From positions 42,470,001 through 42,534,000 of the forward strand of contig OZ076416.1 of NCBI GenBank assembly GCA_964187785.1: 64,000 nucleotides of DNA. The letters run 5' to 3'. Every line of letters begins with the position of its first letter. Position 1 is the stretch's first letter. Below the pieces are notes generated by a model. The model saw nothing but the letters and a program-made list of their open reading frames with translations, was not told where the DNA came from and made no database searches. Origin of the DNA: Amphiscolops sp. MND2022 (lineage: Eukaryota). Positions 1 to 12,200 of the stretch are shown one piece after another. The position numbers and the translations under genes are program-made.

Positions 1-2310
1 CGATTTCGTCCCATTCCATGCCGCCAAAGTGCAACCCATGCAGGAGTTGTTGAAGAAAAACCAACACTTCTACTGGGAAGATAGTCATCAAGAAGCCTTT
101 GACTCGGTAAAGCGAGCCCTAGCAGACGCAACAACTTTAGCCGCGCCAAACGAGCAAGGAAGATTTGTGCTAGACAAAGACGCGAGCTCTGTTGCAATAG
201 CGGGCATCCTACATTAAGAGCAAGAACACAATGGAAAAACCATCCTGAGGCCCATAGTCTATGGCAGTAAATCACTAACAAGAACCCAGCTGAACTATGG
301 AGCTCCGAAGTTGGAGATGTACGCGGTATTCTACTTCGTCGAAAAGTTCCACTCATACTTAGCCGGGCGAGAATTCACGCTCCGCGTGGACAACTAAGCA
401 CTATCATGGTTAAAAACCTATTCAATGGATCAAGCCATGATCGGTCGTTGGATCGCGCGCCTAGACCAGTATCATTTCAAAACAGTCCACCGACCCCGCA
501 CACAACACCGCAACGTCGACGGACTCAGTAAAAGAACCAATGATTATATTCATCGCGAACAAATCCTCGAAAAACTGCCAGAAGTGAGCGAAGGGTTCAA
601 TTTCAGGTCACAAAAAGACTACAATGAACGTGCCACCGTACCATACTTTGAAAAGCATGGTCGTATCATCCCAGACCACCCTGATTTTCCACCGGAAGCT
701 CGAGCACGACTACCCTTACTGTAAATCTAAAAAAAAGAAACGGAAAAGCAATACCCTAGAAGAACCACCCGGAGATACTCCTTGGTATCCTCAAGTCCAA
801 TGGGAAACCACGCCAACCCTTGAAAAAGTTAAAAGACCAAACTGCATCTTGAGCATAACAACCAGAGTGCCTCCAGCACGAATAGATGTCACTGACCCAA
901 CCTTGAGCGAATTACCCATCGGGTGTCAAATACAAGCAGACGTCCTCAGGACCATTGGAACAGAACTCCACGAACACAACCTGACCAAATATGGTCTGGA
1001 AGATCGGCACCTGGCTCAGAACAGAGATATGCACCTCTTGGCATTAAAAACAGTTTATGAGAAATGAACCCTTAGAAGACCCCGTGTTTCCCTGATGAGG
1101 TGCAAGACTTCGCGAGACGCTACTATAACCAGAAAAAGGATTTACTCTTCATGAAATCTGACGACATACTCTCTGTCAATTACGTCCCTCAACAACGTGC
1201 ACTGCCCATGTATGATCGTCATGCCACAACTCTTCCAACACGAGATCCTATATCGAGCACAGAACGAATCCGGACATCAAGGCGTGGGAAAAGTGTTAGC
1301 AAGAATACAAGAGCGACACACCTGGCCGGGCATCAAAAGAGATGTTGTAAATCACATCAAACAATGCTTGACGTGCCAGCAAGCTAAATACCCAGCGGGA
1401 AACCCTTGTTATCCTTTGCAAACATAAACAGTAGCAATTTCAACGATCTGGTGCAGTTCGACCACCTGAAACTTTGTAAGACTGATTCGGGCAACACTGG
1501 ACTGTTAGTCATGATTGATCACTTCACTAAATTCGCAGACGCCATCCCATGCGCCCACGACGAATACGACGCGCAAACCACGGCGAAGATTAACTTCAAC
1601 AAATGGTTTGCCAGGCATGGCACCCCAGCACGAATGCAATCAGACAATGTGACAAACTTCACGGCTGAAATAGCTCAAGAATTAATGAAGGCATCGCAAG
1701 TCACCAAAGTGACGTCCACGCCCGCACATCCCAGAGGTAATTGACTCGTCGAACGCCAGAACAGAACCTTGCTTACCTTACTTAGAGTCTACACCTCACG
1801 CAGAATGCGAGACTGGGATGAGCATATTGACGGAGTGTTGGGAGCCTATAACTCCACTCGGCATGCCACAACAGGATTCTTGCCGTACATGCTCCAACAT
1901 GGCGCAGAAAAATCCATCCCACTATCATTCATATACCCAGAATTCGCAGCACGAGGATTCGACTCCAAAGAGGAATTCGTAGAACACCTGCTAGCAAGGC
2001 AACAAGAAATCCATGAATTAGTTCGAAGAAATACCCATCAAGCCCAGCCCAGGCAAAAGTTGAAATTTGACCGCCACCTCAAGGCAAAAGCACACGCCGT
2101 TGGCGACGCTGTTTGGGTTTTCTGCCACATAATCCCCAAGGGCGGCACCCGTAAACTGTTTCGCGCTTGGCCCGGACCCCACAAGGTAACCGATGTATTA
2201 CAAGACGGACGTCTCTACGTACTTGATACTGGCCAAAAGGTCCATTATGAAAGACTGAAAAAACACACACCAACCCATTGGACCAGACCAGAACGTAGCC
2301 ATAATAGCCG
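1..2310 (+). pseudogene. pol: Gypsy pol copy 1 (end of RT connection, RNase H, integrase); stops and frameshifts
   Basis: ORF pieces 29-217, 425-724, 1197-1427, 1406-1744 and 1769-2300 carry RNase H and integrase motifs; in-frame stops at 215, 394 and 1742. Confidence 0.92.
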
Positions 2311-5300
2311 CCCAGCTAAAGGAAGAGCTATGCTGAAATACCAAATACACGATCGCCGCTCGACCACTACCGCACTTCGCCAGAGAAAACGAAACCAAAT
2401 TGGCACCCATCCGAAAGGTAAAGACAGTTTCTCCAGTCCCAGTGGCTATCAATGTAGATGGCGTAGACGTGAAATTCGACGCAATAGTAGTCCTAGAAGG
2501 ACACTTCCCGCAGGGACAATACTTAGGCCGCCAAAAACTGCGATGCTACAATATCGGCGTCCAAGACGCACAGGGGAAAGCTAGGATAGACAAAAGGGCT
2601 TCACTGGTAGTTGCATTTGGCACCACCTTGCAAGAACCCATCCCGTTGTATGGCATCATAGACACAGGTTTGGGAGTCTCCATCCTCTCACTTTCCGAAT
2701 ACCAAAAGATCGCCTCCGCCCACACCTTGAGCCTTCTGCCATACGATATCCAACTGTTTGCAGCCAACGGCAAAACCATAAACACCATCGGTATACCCGA
2801 AAACGTAAACTTCTAACTATGTAGATCACTTGGGAGCAGAGGACTTCTTGTTAGGCCGCAACTTTCTGCGCACCTATAACGTCCTCGTCGACCTAGCTGC
2901 AATGAGAGTCACCATTGGAGGCCCAAAAGCTCCTCGCCATTTCAAACCAATCCATGAGGTTAGTAACCATGAACCTTCCCTAGTTGTTTCCACTGAAAAA
3001 GTAGTATTAGGCCCCTTTGAACGCAAACTAATCAGAGCCCAAGTAATCACTCAGGACGCCAACGAATACCTTTTCCGCAACGTAATGATACGCTCCAGCG
3101 GGGTTCACAAAAAGTGCTCATTTGTTTCAGAAGACACCCTGACATCGGTAGGGGAAGACGGCTCGGTTTTCCTAGCCGTAAGAAACCGGACAGCCAACGA
3201 AAATTTGACACTCCAAACAAGACTGTCCTGGGTAAGGCAGAGCCAACAACCTTTGTGTTTAGACCAATTCTGGTCGACCAAACTAATGAAACTTCACTAC
3301 CTTCTGTGGAACGTGTTAATAATATTAATATTGTTGACTTGAGTGACAGCAGTACTGAATTTAGCTCCTTTGCCCAAAATTTTTTATCCACCACTGAAAT
3401 GTCGGAAGAAGGCCTAACCGAAAATGAGAAGCGTGCAAGAACTGATCCGCAATTGTTGAAACCCATCCCAGGTCCGGATCTCTCCTGTCCTTTCCTTTTG
3501 AGGGGGGAGGGTGCAAGGAATCAACTTGCAAAAGTTTTGAATGAATATGATGTTCTCTTCATGAAACGTAAGGCCGACATAGGAAAGTGCACAATAGCCA
3601 AACACCGCATCGAACTAGAGCCAGAGGCTATTCCCCACAGGGAAGGCGCCAGGCGCATGTCTCCTGACAAAGCTGCTAAAGCTAATCAAGAAGTGAGAAA
3701 CTTACTAACCCTAGGCGTAATCCAACCTTCCTATTCGCCATGGGCTAGTGAAATAGTCATGGTGAAAAAAAAAGACAGGCGAACTTCGCTTCTGTTGTGA
3801 CTTTCGACCGCTAAACGACGTGACCGTAACAGACGCCTTCCCCCTGCCAAGAATAGACGAAAGTCTGTCAAGAATAAGCAAAGCAAAACTCTTCACGAGC
3901 ATCGATTTGGCGTGGGCCTTTTGGCAAATACCACTAAAGAAATGCGACAGGAGGAAAACTGCATTTGCCTGCGAACTGGGATTATTCGAATGGCGACGCA
4001 TGCCCTTTGGGCTCTGCAATGAATCAGCTACATTCCAACGATCCATTACAAGAGCCCTCCAAAAAATCCAGCAAAGACATGGAAGTGTCGTCATGGCCTA
4101 CATTGACGAATAGTAATCGCAACTGAAACAATCGAAGACCACATCGCCAGAATCAAAAGTATTTGAATGCCTCAGAGAGGCAGGCTTCAAAATGCGAGCA
4201 GAGAAATGCGATTTCATGCGTACGGAATCAATGTATCTTGGACGAGTGGTATCAGCCGAGGGAATCAAGCCGGACCCAGAAGCAGTAGTCAAAATCCAGG
4301 AATGGTTGCCCCCCCCCCTCCCGAAACAAGGAAGAACTGCAAAGCTTCCTAGAATTTGCCAACTATTACCGCGATTTCGTCCCATTCCATGCCGCCAAAG
4401 TGCAACCCATGCAGGAGTTGTTGAAGAAAAACCAACACTTCTACTGGGAAGATAGGCATCAAGAAGCCTTTGACTCGGTAAAGCGAGCCCTAGCAGACGC
4501 AACCACTTTAGCCGCGCCAAACGAGGAAGGAAGATTTGTGCTAGACAAAGACGCGAGCTCTGTTGCAATAGCGGGCATCCTACATCAAGAGCAAGAACAC
4601 AATGGAAAAACCATCCTGAGGCCCATAGTCTATGGCAGTATATCACCAACAAGAACCCAGCTGAACTATGGAGCTCCGAAGTTGGAGATGTACGCGGTAT
4701 TCTACTTCGTCGAAAAGTTCCACTCATACTTAGCCGGGCGAGAATTCACGCTCCGCGTGGACAACTAAGCACTATCATGGTTAAAACCTATTCAATGGAT
4801 CAAGCCATGATCGGTCGTTGGATTGCGCGCCTAGACCAGTATCATTTCAAAACAGTCCACCGACCCCGCACACAACACCGCAACGTCGACGGACTCAGTA
4901 AAAGAACCAATGATTATATTCATCGCGAACAAATCCTCGAAAAACTGCCAGAAGTGAGCGAAGGGTTCAATTTCAGGTCACAAAAAGACTACAATGAACG
5001 TGCCACCGTACCATACTTTGAAAAGCATGGTCGTATCATCCCAGACCACCCTGACTTTCCACCGGAAGCTCGAGCACGACTACCCTTACTGTATATCTAA
5101 AAAAAAGAAACGGAAAAGCAATACCCTAGAAGAACCACCCGGAGATACTCCTTGGTATCCTCAAGTCCAATGGGAAACCACGCCAACCCTTGAAAAAGTT
5201 AAAAGACCAAACTGCATCTTGAGCATAACAACCAGAGTGCCTCCAGCACGAATAGATGTCACTGACCCAACCTTGAGCGAATTACCCATCGGGTGTCAAA

Positions 5301-6667
5301 TACAAGCAGACGTCCTCAGGACCATTGGAACAAAACTCCACGAACACCACCTGACCAAATATGGTCTGAAAGATCGGCACCTGGCTCAGAACAGAGATAT
5401 GCACCTCTTGGCATTAAAAACAGTTTATGAGAAATGAACCCTTAGAAGACCCAGTGTTCCTTGATGAGGTGCAAGACTTCGCGAGACGCTACTATAACCA
5501 GAAAAAGGATTTACTCTTCATGAAATCTGACGACATACTCTCCGTCAATTACGTCCCTCAACAACGTGCACTGCCCATGTATGATCGTCATGCCACAACT
5601 CTTCCAACACGAGATCCTATATCGAGCACAGAACGAATCCGGACATCAAGGCGTGGGAAAAGTGTTAGCAAGAATACAAGAGCGACACACCTGGCCGGGC
5701 ATCAAAAGAGATGTTGTAAATCACATCAAACAATGCTTGACGTGTCAGCAAGCTAAATACCCAGCGGGAAACCCTTGTTATCCTTTGTAAACATAAACAG
5801 TAGCAATTTCAACGATCTGGTGCAGTTCGACCACCTGAAACTTTGTAAGACTGATTCGGGCAACACTGGACTGTTAGTCATGGTTGATCACTTCACTAAA
5901 TTCGCAGACGCCATCCCATGCGCCCACGACGAATACGACGCGCAAACCACGGCGAAGATTAACTTCAACAAATGGTTTGCCAGGCATGGCACCCCAGCAC
6001 GAATGCAATCAGACAATGTGACAAACTTCACAGCTGAAATAGCTCAAGAATTAATGAAGGCATCGCAAGTCACCAAAGTGACGTCCACGCCCGCACATCC
6101 CAGAGGTAATTGACTCGTCGAACGCCAGAACAGAACCTTGCTTACCTTACTTAGAGTCTACACCTCACGCAGAATGCGAAACTGGGATGAGCATATTGAC
6201 GGAGTGTTGGGAGCCTATAACTCCACTCGGCATGCCACAACAGGATTCTTGCCGTACATGCTCCAACATGGCGCAGAAAAATCCATCCCACTATCATTCA
6301 TATACCCAGAATTCGCTGCACGAGGATTCGACTCCAAAGAGGAATTCGTAGAACAACTGCTAGCAAGGCAACAAGAAATCCATGAATTAGTTCGAAGAAA
6401 TACCCATCAAGCCCAGTTGAAATTTGACCGCCACCTCAAGGCAAAAGCACACGCCGTTGGCGACGCTGTTTGGGTTTTCTGCCACATAATCCCCAAGGGC
6501 GGCACCCGTAAACTGTTTCGCGCTTGGCGCGGACCGCACAAGGTAACCGATGTATTACAAGACGGACGTCTCTACGTACTTGATACTGGCCAAAAGGTCC
6601 ATTATGAAAGACTGAAAAAACACACACCAACCCTTTGAACCAGACCAGAACGTAGCCATAATAGCCG
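2311..6667 (+). pseudogene. pol: Gypsy pol copy 2 (protease, dUTPase-like spacer, RT, RNase H, integrase); disrupted
   Basis: LYGIIDTGLGVSIL and FLLGRNFL (protease); WASEIVMVKKK, FTSIDLAWAFWQIPL, KTAF, LFEWRRMPFGLCN, VMAYID (RT); FVLDKDASS (RNase H); H2C2 and core integrase motifs, spread over several frames. Confidence 0.95.
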
Positions 6668-9030
6668 ATCCATATGTGGAGGAATCTAATGAAAAAATCA
6701 CCTCAGACATCTCCCGAGATTCATTTCTACCGGAACAACTCCCGGAGGCATCTTTCGAATTGGAACCAACCAGACCGGTTCCCCCGCGAACTATCCAAAC
6801 CCGCACACACTGCTCTACGGCAGGGAATCCCACGAAAAAGATTCAGTCACTTCGATTACCCATCTGACTCCGACTCGGAACCAGCAATAACAGAACCGCC
6901 AATCCCAGACCCAGCTCCCCAGGTGCTTTTTCCAGAACTCGACGACTTGGCGCCCCTATTCTCCGATCAAGAAGTTCAACCAGAGATGCTCACCGAGAGT
7001 TTGATACCATCACCCTCAGGGACATCAGCTCCATTTTTATCCAACCCATCGCTTACAGACACCCTAAGCAACATCCCCTTGTTTCCACCGAGTCAGTCAA
7101 GACCCTTAGCACAGGCAGAGCAGCCACAAAGGACCAATACCGAATAGGCGAGTCAGAACCCGGAAACATCCACACTCCCAGTCCAACGAAACGGTACAAG
7201 CGGATGGAGAAGACCATGAGATAGACCCCTTGGTCGCAGAAACCAACGTACCACTTCCTCTTGTAGGAGCGCAACATCTTCTCGCAAGCCACCGCTGCGG
7301 ACCAGAAAAGGCCTCAGAACGAGATTCTCTACTAGAGCCCAACCTGGAACTCACGATAGAGCCATGACGTTGCCTGAGATTCTTGAGAGCCCCTCATCTA
7401 CTCAATCCGGCCCACGCGGAAATGTTTCAACACAGGCACCACGATACCAACTGCGAGCAAATCGAGTACCACGTTATAAATGTGGAACCTGCGGTTCCCG
7501 TAACTGTACTTGCGTACGCCAGATCATCATCGAGCCTCCGAATCTTCGATTGGCTCGGGGAGCGGTGATCCCAGCTTGTGAACTCGCTCTGGCACGCACA
7601 CCTGAACACCCGCAACATGGGATCCTAGCCGTGCGAGCCCAGCATCAGGAACACGAACTCTCACCCATTATACGGCACATCTTCGTGACCGTGGAGAAGA
7701 CCTATACCAGTACAGAATCCGGGGTAGTGCCGCCTCTAGAACCCACGTTAAAAGCAATGCTGGACTCTTCCCCCTCTGACTGCCCTACTTACCGCTTTAA
7801 AGAATGGACTTCTAATGAACGTGGTGGACTGGAATTTACACTATCCGCTATCATTCCCCCGTTACCACCCTCGATCACTTTCGGAGAAGTGGATAAAGCG
7901 TGCACCAGTACACAGATGATTCGCTGCATCACTGCGCACCTATTATGGGAGAAGTATCAGGTGGTCCCTCCCCGGGTGACGTCTACCAACCTACCCACGG
8001 CTGGTGGCTCTTGGTCACTTCCCTCGACCACTCCTCCCTAGTTTACCCAACCACGCTATTGATATGTCTGGAAAACTTGCGCACCCGCGTAGAGGTAAAT
8101 GACACTCTCTGTTTCCACCTTGCCGACATCTACCGCGGAAAGTTTTTGAGTCAACATTGGTTACATTTAATGGCTATCACCTTCTGCCGACAAGCCAACA
8201 TCCACATCTTAGATCGATTAGCCTACACACCGGAAGCGCCAATCACTCCCCTCGAAGCCCTCTCTGTAATACACGACTGGTCATGCATCAACATGGGCGA
8301 CCGCCCCTTACGCCACACGGTATGGGAAGAGCGTCGAGCGATTTTCGAACACTTGACACCCCAGTCAATCGACATCAATGACGACGCTGCAGGAAAATGG
8401 CTCATAACGCAACCAAAAACCAGACCAAGCTACCTGCCCTGGATAACTTACTCCAACACGGATATCCTACAGGCCCCAGGCACCTTAGTGCTATGCTGTC
8501 CAGCAGACTTATTTTCTTACTCCGCAACAGCTCGTTATGTCATTCGCGAATATGGGCAAGAAAGCATATTCCGCCTGAAGCCATCAGTCGGCGAGGCCGT
8601 ACGCTTAGACCGCTCGCCTACTGCACCCTGGAACAATCAAAGTTTTCTCCTGCGTACAAGAGCCTCCAATAAACATCCGCTCCTGCATGAAACCCTACAC
8701 GCATGCCTCACGCATCTCCTACATCAACTCCAACAATGTCGCGTCACGCGATTTCACTTGCCCATCTATGACCCAGAACGATCAATCAACTTATTATCAA
8801 CTTGGTACGCCACGCTCCGCGATCACTTCACGGGTCATAACCTAGAAATAATTCTCCACGACCGCGTTTACGTTTCCATTGCATTGGTCACTTCGTCCCA
8901 TGTAAGGATCACGGACATTCCCTGGAACTGCAAGGCCAGAGGCCTTCCCGTTTTTTCTCCACCACCATTTCTCATATTATTTCCTTATGACAGAACACAC
9001 TCTAGCCCTTTTAACGATCGAGTATCATAA
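6668..9030 (+). pseudogene. Probable Pol C-terminal extension: Pro/Ser-rich linker, CxxC-x4-CxC motif and two tandem TARG1/OARD1-like macrodomains
   Basis: ORFs 6674-7147 and 7364-8041 share one frame; a frameshift near 7960 leads into 7900-9030. ITFGEVDKACTSTQMIRCI..PGDV..WLLVT..TLLICLENL and WITYSNTDIL..GEAVRL..FLLRT..TLHACLTHL align by eye with the TARG1 ITYVKGDLF..HCIS..GEV..YLITK..LQKSLEAM pattern. Confidence 0.68.
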
Positions 9031-9257
9031 TAAAGACCACCTTTTAGTCCTAAGCACTGTCCTTTCCAATTCAATACCCCTGTGTTTGTCCCGTCTATTT
9101 TCAGTCTTTTCACGATCTATCCTTTTATGTTCACTTGCAACTTGCTTTTCAGTTTTGTCCTGTTGCTTCACCCTTGCGCAGCTATCCTACATTGCACCAA
9201 CACCTTGCTTCGCCAATTTCGTTGTATCACCCCCCACTGCTATCCAACCCACCATCA

Positions 9258-12200
9258 ATGGATGCTTCTTCGCGCAATTGTATGCCCGCACCTACCACTC
9301 AACAAAACCAACGACAACGTGCTCCCAATTCCTCCACTACCAGCACCCCTACGTCTGTTGGCGAGGTCAATGGTCGAGTCGACCAGCTTGCCTTAGTTCA
9401 ACAAGCGCTACAAGATGGGGCCACCCCCACAATGATCGCTGGCTTTGCCATGATCATAGCCCAGATGCAAGCGCAAGCAGCGCTCCCAGAGGTTCTACTA
9501 ATCATCATCAGTAGCATAGGGCCGCTTGAGCGTTCCGCCACCTTCCGCGATGGAGCTTGGCATGGCTACACTCTGACTCATAACCTGATTGATCCACGCT
9601 TCCACATGATTTATGGAGAACCTACCAGGCCTCCCATGGACCAAGAACGATCGTTTAGAATAACCCCACCTACCATACAACCACTATTCCAAGCAACACA
9701 ACCCCCCCAATCGCAGACTGTGGCTCCTCCTCCGCCGATACAACCTACAACATTCAACTGCACCCTGCCCTTAGTTCCTCCTCCATTTTTGACACCACCC
9801 ATGCCCCTGGCATCTGAAAGCGTGCATTCACTCACACACTCGTCAACTAACTTCATGCTCCCTTCCGCCTTTCAGGGGGAGGGGTGCAAGTGAGTCCAAC
9901 CGAAAATGAACAAACCACAACAGAAGGACAGACAAGAGAAAATCGTCAAGGCAGAACGGTCACCTTCAAAGACTCATACGAAGAGTTGACGCCATTCTCA
10001 TCTATAAGCGAACCTCCGAGAAACGAACCTAGTCGCCTGATAGGCTTCCAGAAAGACCCCAAGTTGAAAAAACGTCAGCGGGAACAACAACGAACAGAAA
10101 GTAGAACCACCAATGCCCCAATAGACCTTCGAGATAAACTCAATGATAGAAAGAGAGACAGGGAACAAGGCGACCAATCGAATACAAGAGGAAACAGTGG
10201 AGTTCCAACTCCTTCTCCTAGTCATCCAGAAGCCAGGAGACAAAAGGAGACAAGAGAATTGCTCACCGCAACAGAAGTAAATCAATTAGACATAACTGCA
10301 AGAGACGCAGTGCGTCTCCAACGAGAAGTTCCGAAAACAGCTGATGAAGAGAATCCCCCAAGACCAAAATTTGAGAGTGCAACCAGTAAAGGAGACTATG
10401 CAACACAACGCACCATAGAGAAGGCCAACATTAGAGTACTCTACACAAGGCCAGTTAAACAACCGATATTCACAAATGATGGAACTCCGCCATGGTTCGA
10501 ACGTCTCCGAAGGGATTTACAGAGAGATGACTCCACTTACCTCCAACCCCTGCAAACCATTAGCGAGCAACTTACCCGTCAAAGGCCTGGTAGATTCGGA
10601 GAAAACCAACTGCAAACTAAAAACTACGCTAGAGACCCAATTACTCTACTGCCAATGGGAAAAGATTTGCTAGAGAAAACGAGGATCGCACTCTTTGTCG
10701 ACTCGACAATCAAATCCTCGTACAACGCCAATAACACCCTGATGGATGTCAGATTGATGAATATGCCCTGCACTTCTCTCAGCAAGATGACAGAAGTAAC
10801 TGACAAAATGTTCACGCCAGAGGCGGCAGAAACAATACCCCTATCCCCAATGCTAGTATACTCAAATGTGATTGATCACCTCGCCTTGCAACGAACGCTG
10901 AGGTATTTTGATATGCAACACAACCGCTTCACAGAAGGATTCGTAACTGACGAAGTAGTAGCCTATGTGGAAACGATGTCTAACATCGCCAACAGGATGA
11001 GAAACAAAAAGCCAAAAACAGATACCGTGTTTGTGTCACCACCTCGGGTACATACATCTCCCAAGAGCATTGCGACAATTCTTGTATCTGGTGCTAGAAG
11101 CTTCTTATGCAAGGGACTTGCGTTTTTATATTGTAGCGCTAAACCTCAGAATCAACGTGACAACATGGCGCCCTTGTGAAGCCTCTTACCCTGCTTTCTT
11201 AGCAGAAATATCTAAGGCCGTACAAGGATACACTGGATATAGGGGAAAGTCGCAACTTCTAGTCGACGAGGCAACAACTTATGACTATGGGATGCAAATG
11301 TCGTCCAGATTTTTAGACGGAAATGGTGTGCGCCATGTGAATGATCCTAATGAACAAGAGCGCAAGCACCTTGTGAATAATTTATGGTACGAACGGAGGG
11401 ACGAATCCACTCTAGACGATAAGACCCTTGATCCAGAGTTTCACGAAGAGCTACTAGCTCTTTTCAAGGTGACGGAGACAATCAAAATGGAGCGAATAAA
11501 CACCACAGTATTTCCAATAGCTGCTATATCAACAGACGTGCAACCCGGAATGGTATCGCCCACACTGACACTACTGATAGTGATGGCAAGGAACCTGGCA
11601 AAACAAAACGAGACGGAACCCAGGCATACCTACCAAACATGGCACCAAGCCTTGCGCGAGACTTTAAATCAAGTCGCTCTGCGGCTTGAAATTCCGTTCC
11701 CGGTACTCCTATATAACATATCCTTATTCTGGTTTCCCAGTTTCGTACAAGCTGAAAATTACTTGGACGACCAACAGACGCGCTTATATATGGAAGCTAT
11801 GCAAGGAGCCACGATAAGGGAATTCTTGGGATATTTGATGGCAATCGGGCTACACACAGTGTACAAAGGACCTTCTGGCCTTTCCCAAAAACTCATATTT
11901 GATAAAGGAAGCTTGTCCTCTTCAGCTTCCTAGTGTATGCTCAGAACCAAAAGAATTGGCTACAAGCAATCCTATACGCCTTGGACCCAGCGGGTCCCTA
12001 ACAGTTAAAAAAGCAACTGGAGCTCAACATCGAAGCCCTCCTCGCGTGGATCTACTCCACCTGGGTCAACGTTGCAGGAATAATGAATCCTCTGAATGAG
12101 AACCCTGCAGTCAACAGAGAACCCAACCATCTCCCAGGTTTCTTGTTTCCCTCGCAGATTGCCACACTCATGTTGGTAGAAACGGAAGACCTGATACCCC

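Larger units (their letters stand above)
1..6667 (+). repeat. Head-to-tail tandem duplication of the pol block, unit ~4.36 kb
   Basis: 1-2310 matches 4372-6667 at about 99% (offset 4371 falling to 4357 after small indels, including a 12-bp deletion near 6415); novel junction ATAATAGCCG|CCCAGCT at 2310/2311. Confidence 0.96.

Noticed and set aside
9870-9890. PPT + TG suggesting an LTR start (TTCAGGGGGAGGGGTG; similar at ~3497)
   Set aside because: Both lie in continuous coding sequence; the convincing PPT/LTR with matching inverted termini is at 13872-14584.
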